The notes: a model not told the origin generated them from the sequence alone. Shown: positions 39,364-49,407, numbered from the stretch's first letter. The stretch: 64,000 bases of DNA from Chthoniobacterales bacterium (GCA_049282095.1 JBAPTI010000031.1:11419-75418); one strand, 5' to 3'. Translations and numbers: made by a program.

Positions 39364-40763
39364 GCACTTCCACATCCACCTCCGCTTCCACCAAGGAGAG
39401 CCGCAAGATCGGCCTCGTCAGCCTCGGCTGCGCCAAGAACCTCGTCGATGCCGAGATCATGCTTGGAGACGCCAAGCGTCATGGTTACGAACTCACCACC
39501 GAGACAGACGAAGCCGACGTGGTGCTGGTGAATACCTGCGGCTTCATCGATCCCGCGAAGGAAGAGAGCATCGGGGCCATTCTGGAGGCCCACCGTCGCC
39601 GTCTCAACGGGGCGAAGGCCGGCCAGAAACTCGTCGTCGGCGGCTGCCTCTCGCAGCGCTATTCCTCCGATCTTGCCACGCAGCTTCCCGAGGTCGACGC
39701 CTTCATGGGCCTCGACGAGATCAAGGGGGCCGGTGCCTTCTTCGACCGCCTGCTTGATGAGGAACGGGAAGAGGCGCTGGTCGAGGTCTCCCGGCGCGCC
39801 GCCTACATCCCCGACTACGACACTCCCCGTGTGCGTCTCACCGCCTCGCATACCGCCTACGTGAAGATCGCCGAGGGATGCAATCACCCCTGCTCCTTCT
39901 GCGTCATCCCCAGGATGCGCGGTCGCCACCGCAGCCGCACCATCGAGTCGGTGGTCAGGGAGGTCGAGGGTCTCGTCGCCTCGGGCGTGAAGGAGATCAA
40001 CCTCATCAGCCAGGACACCACCTACTACGGCATGGATCTCTGGGAGGAGAAGGCCGGTCCGCGCCAGCCGGTGGACGAGGCGAGGGGACCGGGATTGCCC
40101 GCCTTGCTCGACGCGCTCGGCGCCATTCCCGGAGAGTTCTGGATACGCCTGCTCTACACCCATCCGGCTCACTGGAGCGACGACATGATCGCCGCCATCG
40201 CCCGCAATCCCAAGGTGGTCCGCTACGTCGACATGCCCCTCCAGCACATTCACGACAGCATGCTCGACGCCATGAAGCGCGAGACCGACAGCGGTCACAT
40301 CGAGAGGCTGATCGGCCGGATGCGTGCCGGGATCCCGGGACTCACCATCAGGACGACCTTCATCGTCGGATTCCCCGGAGAGTCCGAGGAGCATTTCTCC
40401 ACCCTGCTTGATTTCATCGGAAGGACCCGCTTCGAGCGCCTCGGAGTCTTCGCCTACTCGCGCGAGGAGGAATCACGGGCCGCCAAGCTCCCCGGTCAGA
40501 TCCATGGAGGGACCAAGAAGCGCCGGCAGCGCGAGGCGATGCTTGTCCAGCAGCAGATCGCTGCGGAACACGCCGCCGCCCAGCTCGGCAAGGAACTTAT
40601 CGTTCTTGCGGACACCGCCGCGTTGGGCCGGAGCGAAGGGGATGCGCCCGACGTCGACTGCCGCGTCCACTTCACTAAGCCGGTGCAGGCGGGGGCGTTC
40701 CACCGGGTCAGGATCACCGGAACACGCGGCTACGACCTGGAAGCCGAGCCCATCCTCTCCTGA
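39360..40763 (+). CDS. rimO: Ribosomal protein S12 methylthiotransferase RimO
   Basis: MTTase N-domain (IGLVSLGCAKNLVDAE), radical SAM GCNHPCSFCVIP and a TRAM domain. The long ORF-track N-terminal extension was trimmed to ATG 39360. Confidence 0.88.
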   Translation: MSTSTSTSASTKESRKIGLVSLGCAKNLVDAEIMLGDAKRHGYELTTETDEADVVLVNTCGFIDPAKEESIGAILEAHRRRLNGAKAGQKLVVGGCLSQRYSSDLATQLPEVDAFMGLDEIKGAGAFFDRLLDEEREEALVEVSRRAAYIPDYDTPRVRLTASHTAYVKIAEGCNHPCSFCVIPRMRGRHRSRTIESVVREVEGLVASGVKEINLISQDTTYYGMDLWEEKAGPRQPVDEARGPGLPALLDALGAIPGEFWIRLLYTHPAHWSDDMIAAIARNPKVVRYVDMPLQHIHDSMLDAMKRETDSGHIERLIGRMRAGIPGLTIRTTFIVGFPGESEEHFSTLLDFIGRTRFERLGVFAYSREEESRAAKLPGQIHGGTKKRRQREAMLVQQQIAAEHAAAQLGKELIVLADTAALGRSEGDAPDVDCRVHFTKPVQAGAFHRVRITGTRGYDLEAEPILS

Positions 40764-40782
40764 CAACACACCGGAACCCCGG

Positions 40783-41577
40783 ATGAAGTTTCCCTACTCA
40801 TTCCCGCTTACCCGGGCCTTCTGCCTCTACCTTGGGCAGGCCGCGTTTCTTGCATGGGAGATGTTTTGTTCGATCTTCGCCGGCAGGATCCGCTGGGGGA
40901 TCGTGCTCCACCAGATCGTCGAGATCGGCTTCGGCTCCCAGGCGGTCGTGATCATCACGGGAATCTTCACGGGTGCCGTCTTCACCGCGCAGATTTTCTT
41001 CCAGTTCAACGCCCTGAACATGAGCACCGCCGTGGGACCCGTGGTCTCCATCGCCCTCTGCAGGGAACTCGGTCCAGTCCTCACCGGACTCATGGTCGCC
41101 GGCCGCGTCGGCGCCGCCATGAGCGCGGAGATCGGAACCATGAAGGTGACCGAACAGATCGACGCCCTGCGGGCGCTGGCCGTCAATCCCATCGACTACC
41201 TCGTCGTTCCCCGCGCCGTGGCGATGATGATCTCGATGCCCCTCCTGGTCGGTGAGTGCATCTTCTTTGCGTTGACGGCCAGCTACTTCGTCGCCACCAG
41301 CATGCTGAATGTGAACAGCGTCTTTTTCCTCCATCACATGTGGCGCTACACGCACGGCAAGGACATGGTGATGGCCCTGACCAAGGGATTCGTCTTCGCC
41401 ATCATCGTCGTGATCGTCGGATGTCAGCAGGGACTCGGTACGAAGAACGGGGCCGTGGGGGTCGGTCGCTCCACCACCGATGCCGTCGTCATCAGCTCCC
41501 TGAGCATCCTGATGATCAATTTCTTCCTGACCATGGCGCTGAACATGGTTTTCCCCGCTGGAGGAGGCGGCTACTGA
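40783..41577 (+). CDS. mlaE: Mla-type ABC transporter permease
   Basis: MlaE/Ttg2B-like membrane protein (EIGFGSQAVVIITGIFTGAVFTAQ...MKVTEQIDALRALAVNP). Trimmed to ATG 40783. Confidence 0.85.
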   Translation: MKFPYSFPLTRAFCLYLGQAAFLAWEMFCSIFAGRIRWGIVLHQIVEIGFGSQAVVIITGIFTGAVFTAQIFFQFNALNMSTAVGPVVSIALCRELGPVLTGLMVAGRVGAAMSAEIGTMKVTEQIDALRALAVNPIDYLVVPRAVAMMISMPLLVGECIFFALTASYFVATSMLNVNSVFFLHHMWRYTHGKDMVMALTKGFVFAIIVVIVGCQQGLGTKNGAVGVGRSTTDAVVISSLSILMINFFLTMALNMVFPAGGGGY

Positions 41578-42335
41578 TGCCTGATTCCACCCACAATCTC
41601 ATCGAGGTGCGTGATCTTCGCCAGAAGATCGGCACGCAGGAGATCCTCAGGGGTGTCAACCTCGACATCCCCCGGGGCGAGACCCTTGTCCTGCTCGGGC
41701 AGAGCGGAGGGGGCAAGAGCGTCTTCCTCCGCCACCTGATCGGCCTGATGAGGCCGGTCTCCGGATCCATCAGGATCGACGGCGAGGAGATCGCCCACCT
41801 AGACGAGCGGGAACTCGAGCCCGTGCGTCGGAAGATCGGGATGCTCTTCCAGGACGGGGCGCTCTTCGACTCGATGACCGTGTTCGACAATATCGCCTTT
41901 CCGCTGAGGGAACGCGGCGAGCGCGACGAGAAGGTGATCCGTGAGAAGGTGGCGCATGCCCTTGAGCTCGTCTGCCTCCAGGGCCAGGAGGGTAAGATGC
42001 CCGTGAACCTGAGCGGAGGCATGAGGAAGAGGGCATCCCTGGCGAGGGCGATCATCTCCGAACCCTCCTGCATTCTCTATGACGAACCCACCGCAGGACT
42101 CGACCCCATCGTCTCCGACACCATCAACCGCCTGATTCGGCGCTTGCAATCGCAACTACACGTCACTTCGATCGTCGTCACTCACGACATGGTCAGCACC
42201 AACCACATCGCCGACCGGGTCGCCCTCCTGCGCGAGGGGAAGATCCATTTCTCCGGATCGCTTGCCCAACTCCACGACACCCACGATCCCGTGATCCGGG
42301 ACTTCGTCGAGGGGCGTTCCCGCGAGATCGACTGA
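41577..42335 (+). CDS. mlaF: Mla-type ABC transporter ATP-binding protein
   Basis: Walker A GQSGGGKS, signature LSGGMRKR and Walker B ILYDEPTAGLD. It has a TGATG overlap with mlaE. Confidence 0.88.
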   Translation: MPDSTHNLIEVRDLRQKIGTQEILRGVNLDIPRGETLVLLGQSGGGKSVFLRHLIGLMRPVSGSIRIDGEEIAHLDERELEPVRRKIGMLFQDGALFDSMTVFDNIAFPLRERGERDEKVIREKVAHALELVCLQGQEGKMPVNLSGGMRKRASLARAIISEPSCILYDEPTAGLDPIVSDTINRLIRRLQSQLHVTSIVVTHDMVSTNHIADRVALLREGKIHFSGSLAQLHDTHDPVIRDFVEGRSREID

Positions 42336-42355
42336 TAACCTTTCACCACCACTCC

Positions 42356-43129
42356 ATGGACTCATCCAACACATCCACCCAGCTCCGGGCGGGCTTTTTC
42401 GTCCTGCTCGGCCTGCTCTGCATCGGCTCGCTTGTCCTCTACTTCGGGCGATTCGGGGAGAGCGTGAAGAAATACTACACGCTCACCGTCGAGTACCATA
42501 ATGCCAGCGGCCTTCTCAAGGGGGCAGACGTCATGCTCGCCGGCGCCAAGATCGGCGAGGTTGCCGCACCCCCCAAGGTGCTTCCCAACATGCGGGGCGT
42601 CGCCGTGTCGCTCAGGATCGACGAGACGGTGCAGATCCCGGAGGGAAGCATCTTCTCCATCGGCAGCTCGGGTCTCCTGGGTGACCGCTTCGTCACGGTG
42701 ACCATGGTAGGTGACGCCGCGGAACTCAAGCCGATCGCGCACGGTTCCGTGATCCCCAACGGGCGCAGTGAGTCCAGCATTTCCGAACTCCAGCGCCAGC
42801 TCCATGACGAGATCCTCCCCAAGCTCGGTGACGCCCTCGATAATATCGATTCGGTGAGCCAGACCCTGCGCAAGGATGTCTTCAACAAACAGGGGGTGGA
42901 GAACCTTCAGACAACGCTGGGAAACCTTGCCGCCGCATCAAGCGAGTTCAAGACCGCCGCCGGAAATGCCGGATCCTTCCTCAAGAAGGGGAATGTCGCG
43001 ATGGATTCCCTTCAGGGATCTGCCGTCGATCTGAAGGCCTTCATCGCCAACCTCAAGCAGCACGGGATCATCTTCTACCGCGACACCGCACCCCAGCAAC
43101 CCGCCGGCCCCGTTAAGAAGAAGCCGTAG
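42356..43129 (+). CDS. mlaD: MCE-domain protein (MlaD-like)
   Basis: N-terminal TM helix plus an MCE domain (YYTLTVEYHNASGLLKGADVMLAGAKIGEV), in position after mlaEF. Confidence 0.8.
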   Translation: MDSSNTSTQLRAGFFVLLGLLCIGSLVLYFGRFGESVKKYYTLTVEYHNASGLLKGADVMLAGAKIGEVAAPPKVLPNMRGVAVSLRIDETVQIPEGSIFSIGSSGLLGDRFVTVTMVGDAAELKPIAHGSVIPNGRSESSISELQRQLHDEILPKLGDALDNIDSVSQTLRKDVFNKQGVENLQTTLGNLAAASSEFKTAAGNAGSFLKKGNVAMDSLQGSAVDLKAFIANLKQHGIIFYRDTAPQQPAGPVKKKP

Positions 43130-43139
43130 GGGAAGGCGA

Positions 43140-43333
43140 AAGGCGAACCAAGTCGCTGGGAAGCGGCGCGGAAGACTGTGAGTGCAGCGAACAGCCCTGA
43201 AAGGCGGCACTGCTTGCCGGGAGGCAAGTGCCGTCAAAGGCGAACCAAGTCGCTGGGAAGCGGCGCGGAAGACTGTGAGAGCAGCGAACAGCCCTGAAAG
43301 GGCGCCACGGCTAGCCGGGAGGCAACTGGCGTG
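43140..43333. repeat. Tandem direct repeat, 2 x 97 bp
   Basis: The units start at 43140 and 43237. The first ~66 nt are identical except for one position, and the last ~30 nt diverge. Each unit ends in a GGGA-looped hairpin. Confidence 0.85.
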
Positions 43334-43434
43334 AATGATGACGGATGAATCATGAGGGATCCTATCGATAGGAGCTTTCCCCTCTATCAAGCCTCACGCT
43401 CTAAATCCCTAGAGCCTATCTGGCGGGGTGGTGA

Positions 43435-43815
43435 CTATTTCTGGGTCGGTTCGCCTGCTGCCTTCCAGCCTGCGATGCCGGGCTTGAAGTGCTGAACGTT
43501 GGTGTACCCGAGTTTGGCGGCGGCTTCGGCGGCACGTGCGTAGGAGCCGCAATGTTCATTGCCGCAGTAGGCGACGATCAGGGAGGACTTGTCGGCTGGC
43601 AGGAATTTTGCGAGATCGGCGGTGTGGGCTGTGTAGTCGATGGCTCCCGGGATATGTCCGTTCGCGTAGGTGACGGGACCGTTCACATCGAGCAGGGTCA
43701 CCTTCTTCGCGGCGATCGCCGATTTCAGGTCGGCCAGGCTGATGTCGGGATAGGATCCCGCAAAGGCATTGATGGAGAGGAGTGAGAGGGCCAGGAGGGA
43801 GAGAAACTTCTTCAT
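43435..43815 (-). CDS. Secreted rhodanese-domain sulfurtransferase
   Basis: Signal peptide MKKFLSLLALSLLSINAFA, a rhodanese fold and active-site loop YCGNEHCGS. The rest of the 325-aa ORF-track ORF runs through the MITE and was discarded. An alternative start is at 43833. Confidence 0.8.
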   Translation of the reverse strand: MKKFLSLLALSLLSINAFAGSYPDISLADLKSAIAAKKVTLLDVNGPVTYANGHIPGAIDYTAHTADLAKFLPADKSSLIVAYCGNEHCGSYARAAEAAAKLGYTNVQHFKPGIAGWKAAGEPTQK

Positions 43816-43898
43816 GGGTTGAACGTAATCCATACTTCCGATTCCGCCATCGAAAAGATTCGTGAATCGCGGGGATTCTCCGACAGGGAAGATCCTTA

Positions 43899-44433
43899 AA
43901 GCGCTGATTAAATCGCATAGAGGCCGTTGCGGGAAGCCGTAGCGGATGCGAAGCAACGACCGGGCAAGCCATGGGCCGCGGGCAAGGCGGCTTCGCGGGC
44001 GCATCCCCGCAGTGGGCTGCCGTAACGGATGCGAAGCAACGGCCGGGCAAGCAAAGCGCCAAGCCAACACAGTTGGCCCCCGTGCCACGCCACGAAGCCA
44101 AAGGCTTTGTGGCCCCCGGCTGGTTATCTCCGCAACCCGGAGGGCTGAAGCCAGTTGTCGATTTTTGCCTCGCCGTCTCCCGACGGTCTCGTCCTCCGGA
44201 CTGCTTCGCAGGCTACGACGCGGCTCCCGCCGCTCGTCGTTGCGGCGATGCTCGCTCGGGCGAGACCGCTGGGGGTATTGACTCGCTCGCTCCCGCTCGG
44301 CTCGCCCTGACGGGTTTGCCTCCGGCAAATCTACCCAAGCCGCACCCGCAGCTACGTGTTGCCCAGCACTCGCGCCTTCAAAAATCAGCAAATGCTCTTC
44401 AGCGGCCTTCATGGGATTTAATCAGCGTTTCCC
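43899..44433 (-). mobile_element. MITE, mosaic long copy (~535 bp) with at least 5 internal insert modules
   Basis: It shares both ends and the backbone with the 276-bp copies. It carries two direct copies of the 33-nt module CCGTARCGGATGCGAAGCAACGRCCGGGCAAGC plus other inserts. The left TIR lacks the terminal GGG. Confidence 0.8.
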
Positions 44434-44474
44434 TTGGCAGCGCGATGCCCATGATGCATATTCTTTTTCTCCGC

Positions 44475-44559
44475 GCCGGCGTGGCGGAATTGGCAGACGC
44501 GCCGGACTCAAAATCCGGTATCCTCTAAAGATGTGTCGGTTCGAACCCGACCGCCGGTA
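44475..44559 (+). tRNA. tRNA-Leu (anticodon CAA), class II with long variable arm
   Basis: 7-bp acceptor stem GCCGGCG/CGCCGGT (one G-U pair), D-arm GCGGAATTGGCAGACGC, anticodon stem-loop CCGGA-CTCAAAA-TCCGG, a 16-nt variable region, T-arm GTCGG-TTCGAAC-CCGAC and discriminator A. No CCA is encoded. Confidence 0.9.
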
Positions 44560-44768
44560 TTTCTCAGAGACTGTCTGAAAAGTCGGGAGAGCCGAGTTGG
44601 CGGGGATTTTTCCGTTGCCTCAGGAGGGAGGATGGCCGCAATGATCCAGATGAACGCACTCTCTTGAATAGAGAAGAGGGATTGACCAGTTGCCTGATCA
44701 ATCCCTCTGGGGAGAAACTCTTAAAACGAACTCGGGCCTACGGGCCTGATTTCCCTAGGGGCTAAGGG

Positions 44769-45017
44769 CTAAGGGCTGTAGGGAGTGAGTTGGCTTGGGG
44801 GAGGTGTCGGGATGGGGGTTGGAGCGGGTGGGGGGATCGGCGTGGGCGTGGCGATCGGCTTGGGAGTCGGAGTTGGCTGTATCGTTGCCATAGGTCGTGG
44901 CGTCGGCTTGGGACGGGCTTGGGCCGATGACATGGCGACTAGTGACGCAATGGCCATGAGGGCAATTCCACTCAGGCACCGTGCCGTTTTTTTGATAGTA
45001 TAAGGGGGGATGTTCAT
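44769..45017 (-). CDS. Small secreted Pro/Thr-rich protein (hypothetical)
   Basis: Signal-peptide-like N-terminus (CLSGIALMAIASLVAMSSAQA) followed by PT-rich low complexity. Coding status is uncertain. Confidence 0.4.
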   Translation of the reverse strand: MNIPPYTIKKTARCLSGIALMAIASLVAMSSAQARPKPTPRPMATIQPTPTPKPIATPTPIPPPAPTPIPTPPPSQLTPYSP

Positions 45018-45206
45018 ACTCCCCCTAATTCGCATCGGGGAGAATTTTGGTCAAACAGTATTTTTTAATTATCTTCCTATCTCTGAAGGGTTTTTGCCGG
45101 GTCAATATGAGGCATCTTGGGGATGGCCCCGGGCCTTATTACCAGACCGGTTGGTTATTCCTTAATCTTGCGGAAAGAATCCCTCCCGAGCATTGTGAGA
45201 AATCCT

Positions 45207-47684
45207 ATGCCCCCCCGCTCTTCCCGTAGTGAGTCCGGTGAGACGAACCGGACTTCTTACAACGGCATCTCATCGTTCCTGGCCCTCTCTTGTCTCCTGA
45301 TCGCCTCGCTGGTGTCCGTCTTCCTGGCTGGCGGCCCCAAGCAGTTGGGGATGGGGATTTTTCTGCTGACCGCCGGACTGATCCTCGTCTTCATCAGCCC
45401 CTCCGCCAGAACATCTTGGGTGCTCTGGTTCCTGGGAACGCTGCTTGTCGGAAGCGTCTCCATTGCCTTGCTGCCGAGTAGTCTCCTTGGCCTCCCCGAG
45501 TGGAGTGCCAATCTGAGGAGCATTCCCGGACTTGTGCTTCCCGAATGCATTGCCGCTGATCCGGAGGCCGCGGGCTTTTGGGTCGCCGTGCTCGCTCTCG
45601 GGGTTTTCATCGCCCTCTACACGCTGGCTTCACCGCTTCGCTCCGGACAGATGGCCTCCATCGCGCTTCTGGCCGTTCTCGGATGCTCCCTCTACGCCGT
45701 GATGGCCTGGGGTGTCTGGCAGGCGGGGTGGAATTATCCCTTCTATGAGAAGCCCTCCTTCGCGCAGGCGGCCTTCGGGTTTTTCCCCAATCGCAATCAT
45801 ACCGCGGGATTCCTGCTTACGGGTGTGATTCTTTCGCTCGGCCTCATCCATCACTCGATGCGCCGCGGCAGGTTGCTCCATGCATCCCTTGCCGCTGGCT
45901 GCTTTGCGCTTCTGACCTCCGTCCTACTCCTCTTCTCGGTGTCGCGCGGAGGACTTGTTTTTCTGGTGATCGGCGTGGTCGTCTGGGTCATGGGCCTCGG
46001 GCGATATCGCTCCGGCGCTCTCATGATGGGAGGGGTGGCGCTCTTTGCCGTCGTTATCCTGTTTTTCCTCTCCTCGGGCAGCGGGCTTCTTGAGCGTCTC
46101 AAGGGAGTCTCCCCCGACGGCACAAGGAGTGTCTCCGCCGAGACGGCTTCTTCGCACGGTGATGCGCGCATCGGCATCGCCAGGGACACATTCTCGATCA
46201 TCGCCGATCATCCTTTCACTGGCACCGGGTTGGGCAGTTACCCGCTGGTTTACCCCTTCTATGCCGACAAGAGCCTTCGCGATCGTTCCACCGCGCTCCA
46301 TGCCGAGAGTGACTGGCTTACCCTCTGCAGCGAGGGAGGGATTCCCGCACTGCTGATCGCGCTTGCCGTGCTTGGTTTTCTACTCAAAGGGATACCCGGG
46401 CTGAAAAATCTCTCAGGGAAGAACTGGCCTCTGAGGTGGGCTTTTCTCTCAGCATTCCTTGCGGAGTTGCTTCATGGACTTGTCGATGTGCCGCTCCATA
46501 AGCCCGAACTGGGATGGTGGGTGCTCCTGCTGGGCGGCATCGGATTCGGTGACCGCATCGAGGCCGAGTCGCAGCCGGGGCTTGCATTGCGCCTTCAGCG
46601 CTTCCTCTTCATTCTCGGCGGGATCTCGGCGATTTCCGCCGGATCGCTTCTGATCGCGGCCCAGTGGGGGAGGGGATGGGTGGTCATGCCACCCCATGCC
46701 GTTTCGCATATCCAGAAGCGCGTGCTGACCCTCTTCGGCGACGGCACCGATCCTTCCTCGGTCAAGGCCGCGGCGGAGGAGTTGAGGAGCGCCATTTCAC
46801 GGCATCCCATGAGCCAGCAGCTCTACTATCAGCTCGCCGTGCTCCTGATCGCCATCGAGAAGAACCTGGATCAGGCGAAGATCCTCTTCACCGCGCAGCA
46901 GGCCATCTCGCCGATCGATCCGGATCTTCCCTTGGAGCAGGGCCGGACCACCGCCCTGCTGGATCCGCTTACCACGGCCACCTATTGGAACGAGGCGCTT
47001 CGCCGGCAACTCCTCCTGGATCGGTTGCCGAACTCCCCGATTTCCCGCACCGGCGAGCTGTACAGTTCCATGATCGGGGCGTCCGATGGTAACCGGGTGC
47101 TCTTCTACAAGCTGCAGGACCTCGGAGATGCGTCACCCGAACTCCGCTTGATGTGGCTTGGCAATGCCTCCGCCGACCCCGTGACATTGCCGATTGCGGC
47201 CAACGACAAGGCCTTCATGGATTCCCTCACCGCGCAGCAACAGGGGCGACTTTTTCAGCTCTGGTGGCAGCGGGGTGATAAGGCGGCCGTTGCCGCATAT
47301 CTGGACTCCCATCCCGAGTACAGCGCCGCCGCCATCGCCACGCGGGCCTCGATCCTCGATGCCTCGGGAAGGCAGGAGCAGGCCTGCAGGCTACTGTGCG
47401 ACACCTTCCGCATCCCGATGCCGTCTCCGAAGGGAAACGGGGATGTGATTCAGTCCGCCGAGGGAAGGGTGCCCGAGGACCCCGTGTCCGCCGCGACATA
47501 TTACATGGAGCGGGGCAATGACGTCGCCGCACGCCGCCTTCTCACCGAGGCCATGAAGAAGGAGGAACGCGACCGCCAGAACGGGATCCGTCTTCAGTTG
47601 GCGCAGTTGGAGATGCGTTCCGGCAACTGGGGCGCCGCGCTCAGGACGCTTCTCGATTACCTTCGCGTGAGGGGCGACATCTGA
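45207..47684 (+). CDS. O-antigen ligase/polymerase-like (Wzy_C) membrane protein with C-terminal TPR-like domain
   Basis: At least 10 TM helices and the Wzy_C signature region (SRGGLVFLVIG...FTGTGLGSYP...HAESDWLTLCSEGGIPALL). A soluble helical C-terminal extension of about 300 aa follows. The start is set at ATG 45207. Confidence 0.8.
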   Translation: MPPRSSRSESGETNRTSYNGISSFLALSCLLIASLVSVFLAGGPKQLGMGIFLLTAGLILVFISPSARTSWVLWFLGTLLVGSVSIALLPSSLLGLPEWSANLRSIPGLVLPECIAADPEAAGFWVAVLALGVFIALYTLASPLRSGQMASIALLAVLGCSLYAVMAWGVWQAGWNYPFYEKPSFAQAAFGFFPNRNHTAGFLLTGVILSLGLIHHSMRRGRLLHASLAAGCFALLTSVLLLFSVSRGGLVFLVIGVVVWVMGLGRYRSGALMMGGVALFAVVILFFLSSGSGLLERLKGVSPDGTRSVSAETASSHGDARIGIARDTFSIIADHPFTGTGLGSYPLVYPFYADKSLRDRSTALHAESDWLTLCSEGGIPALLIALAVLGFLLKGIPGLKNLSGKNWPLRWAFLSAFLAELLHGLVDVPLHKPELGWWVLLLGGIGFGDRIEAESQPGLALRLQRFLFILGGISAISAGSLLIAAQWGRGWVVMPPHAVSHIQKRVLTLFGDGTDPSSVKAAAEELRSAISRHPMSQQLYYQLAVLLIAIEKNLDQAKILFTAQQAISPIDPDLPLEQGRTTALLDPLTTATYWNEALRRQLLLDRLPNSPISRTGELYSSMIGASDGNRVLFYKLQDLGDASPELRLMWLGNASADPVTLPIAANDKAFMDSLTAQQQGRLFQLWWQRGDKAAVAAYLDSHPEYSAAAIATRASILDASGRQEQACRLLCDTFRIPMPSPKGNGDVIQSAEGRVPEDPVSAATYYMERGNDVAARRLLTEAMKKEERDRQNGIRLQLAQLEMRSGNWGAALRTLLDYLRVRGDI

Positions 47685-47722
47685 CAGGTTCCTATTCCCT
47701 CGACGCCTTTTCCCTTTTCCCG

Positions 47723-49378
47723 ATGTCATTTTCCCTCCGGAGTCCGATGATGCAGCGCCTGATGGCGGGCGCCTTGTTCGCGGCCGGGGTGATTGCCCTG
47801 GCGCCGTGCCTCTCCGCCCAGATGGTATCGGCCGTCCAGCAGGACCAGTTCCGATCGCAGTGGGTGGGTGAGCAGGTCGATCAGCTTTCATACGGCGGGA
47901 TTTTTTCGCCGTCGTCATCACTCGGTGCCGTCGTGGGTTCCCTGCAGACTCCCGACGAGGTGCAGAGGGAGGTTGATGCATCCCTCGCATCCGTAAAGGC
48001 CCCGCCTCCGTTTGTCTTCAAGCCTTCACTCGGACTCGGATGGCAGATCTCCAATCAGGGAAGCCAGTCCACCAACAGTCAGGGAGTCGCCACCTTCAAC
48101 ACCGATTCCAGCGCCTTCATCGCACCCTCCGGCGCGTGCCTTTACGACCGTGATCACGGCCCCTGGCATCTCTCGGCCGGGTACTCGATCGGGTACAGAT
48201 ACTTTTCCAATCCCAACTACACCGCCAACGGCACGGGGTCGCTCCGCAACCCCCTCACCCAGACCGCCTTCCTGAGGACTGCCCTGGAGATGAGCCGATA
48301 CATCTTCAATGCCATGCTGAACGGCTCTTCGGGTACCGGCTACGACATCTCCTCCGGATCGAACAACCGGCAGACGGCCGCCACGGCCAACACCGACATG
48401 AAGTACATACTCTCCAGCGTCTCCACGGTCGCGTTGAAGGCGGGCTACAATATCCAGAACTCCTCCGGTTCCAGCAATACCCCCAACAACAACGTCACGA
48501 CCCTTTTTGCCGACCTGGAACCGGTTTATCACCTCAGCGACAAGACCCATGTGGGGGCCCTTTTCGGTGCGGGGCAATCCTATCAGTCCCTCGATTCATC
48601 GCAGAGCAGCGCCCTCATTGTCGACAATGTGAATGTGGGAAACGTGACCATTAACAGCACGCCCACTTCCACGATCCGGTATGCCCAGACTCTCGGCAAA
48701 GTGAAATATGACGTGACCGGAAAGCTGACCGTGGAGGCGGGACTCGGGGTGCGTCAGCTGTGGCTGATAAATTCCACGAATATCAGCGCAAGCTCCCCGG
48801 TTCCCATCGACGGGCAGAGCAGTCTGAATTTCCAGACCAACTCCACCCAAACACTCGGTTTCAGGCCTGCCTGGTCGGCCGGCCTGAACTACACCCCCAC
48901 GGCCAAGACCTCCCTGCTCGTCAACGTGGGAGAGCAGGGAAACGACATTGTGCCCCAATGGAACATTCTTCTGAACTGGAATCCCCGTGAAAAAACATCC
49001 GTCACCCTCGGCGTTTCGCAGAGCGAGAGCTACTCCAACTTCATCGCCAGCCAGTATCTCATCTCCAGGGCCATCTCCGGCACCATCAGCCAGAGACTCT
49101 TCTCCTCGCTCCTTTTTCAGCTCTCCGGGGGATACACCCAGCAGAAATTCCAGAACGTCACCGGTGGCCAGACCCAGCAGCAGGCAAGAGCCAACCAGAT
49201 CCCGGGCAGCTTCTACATGGTCAACGCCTCCCTCTCTTGGAAGATCCGGGACTGGGCGAGCCTCGTCAATACCGTCTACTACAACAGCGGCCAGAACATC
49301 CAGGGGGGCGTCCAGGGGGGCGGAAATTCCGCCCTCTCCCAGATGTGGTATTCCATCGGTCTCAATTTCGCTCTGTAG
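47723..49378 (+). CDS. Putative outer-membrane beta-barrel protein (EPS-locus associated)
   Basis: Signal peptide (LMAGALFAAGVIALAPCLSAQ). The body is rich in Ser/Thr/Asn/Gly/Tyr with alternating-pattern strands, ending in an amphipathic strand (WYSIGLNFAL). It lies between the ligase-like and Wza-like genes. Confidence 0.6.
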   Translation: MSFSLRSPMMQRLMAGALFAAGVIALAPCLSAQMVSAVQQDQFRSQWVGEQVDQLSYGGIFSPSSSLGAVVGSLQTPDEVQREVDASLASVKAPPPFVFKPSLGLGWQISNQGSQSTNSQGVATFNTDSSAFIAPSGACLYDRDHGPWHLSAGYSIGYRYFSNPNYTANGTGSLRNPLTQTAFLRTALEMSRYIFNAMLNGSSGTGYDISSGSNNRQTAATANTDMKYILSSVSTVALKAGYNIQNSSGSSNTPNNNVTTLFADLEPVYHLSDKTHVGALFGAGQSYQSLDSSQSSALIVDNVNVGNVTINSTPTSTIRYAQTLGKVKYDVTGKLTVEAGLGVRQLWLINSTNISASSPVPIDGQSSLNFQTNSTQTLGFRPAWSAGLNYTPTAKTSLLVNVGEQGNDIVPQWNILLNWNPREKTSVTLGVSQSESYSNFIASQYLISRAISGTISQRLFSSLLFQLSGGYTQQKFQNVTGGQTQQQARANQIPGSFYMVNASLSWKIRDWASLVNTVYYNSGQNIQGGVQGGGNSALSQMWYSIGLNFAL

Positions 49379-49407
49379 TTTTGGGAATTTTGCAGTAGAG
49401 TATTCCG

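Noticed and set aside
44785-45003. 72-aa Gly/Val-rich ORF on the plus strand
   Set aside because: It is the mirror frame of the Pro/Thr-rich minus-strand ORF, is low-complexity, and lacks any start context. The minus-strand ORF at least has a signal-peptide-like N-terminus.
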